Source of the DNA: an uncultured Planctomycetota bacterium
Lineage (GTDB): Bacteria; Planctomycetota; Planctomycetia; Isosphaerales; Isosphaeraceae
Assembly: GCA_963823665.1 (NCBI GenBank)
Contig: CAWGMQ010000008.1
Span: 128,001-192,000, forward strand
Direction of reading: 5' to 3'
DNA: 64,000 nucleotides
Under the pieces are notes generated by a model. That model worked only from the letters and a program-made list of their open reading frames with translations, was not told where the DNA came from and ran no database searches. Positions 63,021 through 64,000 of this stretch are shown here, one piece after another. The position numbers and the translations under genes were made by a program. Position 1 is the stretch's first letter. Each line of letters opens with the position of its first letter.

Positions 63021-64000
63021 GTGAACGTTGCATTCGAGCTTTCTGGCAGCCCAGGCACACAGATCGATACCTTGGCAGCAGTCGTGTTGCGCAATCCGAC
63101 CGAAGTTGACTACATCTTGGCCCTATGCGATGTGCTGCCGAGCGAACCAAAGTACCCGCTCTGGTCGATCTATCACGCACTTTACGCGGAGCGGAGGAGG
63201 GAGTCATCGCCGATTGCTCAGCACCACAGCGATCAGCCGCGGACCGAGCAGCCAGAAATCAGTGATGATAAAACAAACGCGAGAGATGACTTGGTCGCAG
63301 CGATCAGGTTAGCACGCGACGTGTGGGAGAAATCAATCGCGGAAGAGCAGACAGAGGCGTCAGGTGACCTGCGAATGTTGGTAGCGGTCTGTCCCCCGCT
63401 GCAAGACGAGATAGAATGCCAGAGCGAGTTGCCATGGTTGATCATGGATCATGGCTCGATTCGCGCGCGCCTTCTCTGGGGAGCATGGAAAGCCACAGAT
63501 TTCGCTGTATGTTTGTTCTTAAATCGTGGCATCGCACCATCGAAGTGGTCAGACGAGATGGCGAGGGAACTCCGACGCCGAGCGCACAGACGCCAACCGG
63601 CGCCGCGCAACTTGATCCCTGTCCAACAGCTGCGAGCGAGCGACCTTGGGGGGTGCTGCGGGATTATCGTGTTCGTGCACGGCCTCCTATCTACTGACCT
63701 AGGAACCTTCGATGCCGCGATCGATCGCCTGGAACAGAATCTTGCTTTTCGGAATCGTGTGTTAATGGTCGGATTCCCGCACGACACCATGAAGGGTATC
63801 TGGGTAAATGCACAAGAGCTCGCTGGATATTTGGATCATTTGAGTCGGCGAAATCTCGATCGGCCGCCGACGGTCGCATTCGTGTGCCATTCACGAGGAG
63901 GATTAGTGGCGCGAGCTACCGCGGCATACCTGCACACGAGACCATCCATCTGGAATTGGAAGCAGCAGCTCCGGGGCTGCGTCACATTCGGCACGCCTCA
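63021..64000 (+). CDS. Alpha/beta hydrolase (lipase/PGAP1-like), partial; absent from the ORF track
   Basis: Manual translation open from GTG 63021 to the window edge: IIVFVHGLLS, AFVCHSRGGLVAR, CVTFGTP. Confidence 0.8.
   Translation, partial: MNVAFELSGSPGTQIDTLAAVVLRNPTEVDYILALCDVLPSEPKYPLWSIYHALYAERRRESSPIAQHHSDQPRTEQPEISDDKTNARDDLVAAIRLARDVWEKSIAEEQTEASGDLRMLVAVCPPLQDEIECQSELPWLIMDHGSIRARLLWGAWKATDFAVCLFLNRGIAPSKWSDEMARELRRRAHRRQPAPRNLIPVQQLRASDLGGCCGIIVFVHGLLSTDLGTFDAAIDRLEQNLAFRNRVLMVGFPHDTMKGIWVNAQELAGYLDHLSRRNLDRPPTVAFVCHSRGGLVARATAAYLHTRPSIWNWKQQLRGCVTFGTP

Overview
GC-rich bacterial sequence. The gene families (long ECF sigma factors, Ser/Thr kinase-NTPase fusions, many REP-like repeats) suggest a planctomycete; this is inference. 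Many single-base frameshifts, including in essential nuo genes, point to uncorrected long-read indels. Left to right: (1) the 5' part of a group II intron with its RT (1-1504, minus). (2) A complete diversity-generating retroelement (DGR) on the minus strand: an about 4.6-kb target gene (Ser/Thr kinase, P-loop NTPase, hydrophobic helix, helical repeats, FGE/C-type-lectin fold) ending in a variable repeat (VR 5149-5272), an HRDC accessory gene, the RT, a template repeat (TR 3342-3465) that starts inside the RT 3' end, and a structured 3' spacer. All 18 TR/VR mismatches fall on TR adenines. (3) A REP-rich region with an internally deleted oxalate-decarboxylase-like bicupin. (4) Housekeeping genes (lysS, lolC/E, lolD, ilvE, USP, NUDIX, ECF sigma, signal peptidase I, lysA). 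(5) An ECF sigma-membrane-fusion-protein chimera and a kinase-ATPase plus STAND-TPR gene pair. (6) A full nuoA-N operon with a perfect Rex operator and a terminator-containing leader. (7) An island region with two homologous element ends, each attached to a decayed tRNA-Leu fragment (CAG and CAA), carrying cargo genes including a SEC-C/HNH-like protein and an alpha/beta hydrolase.
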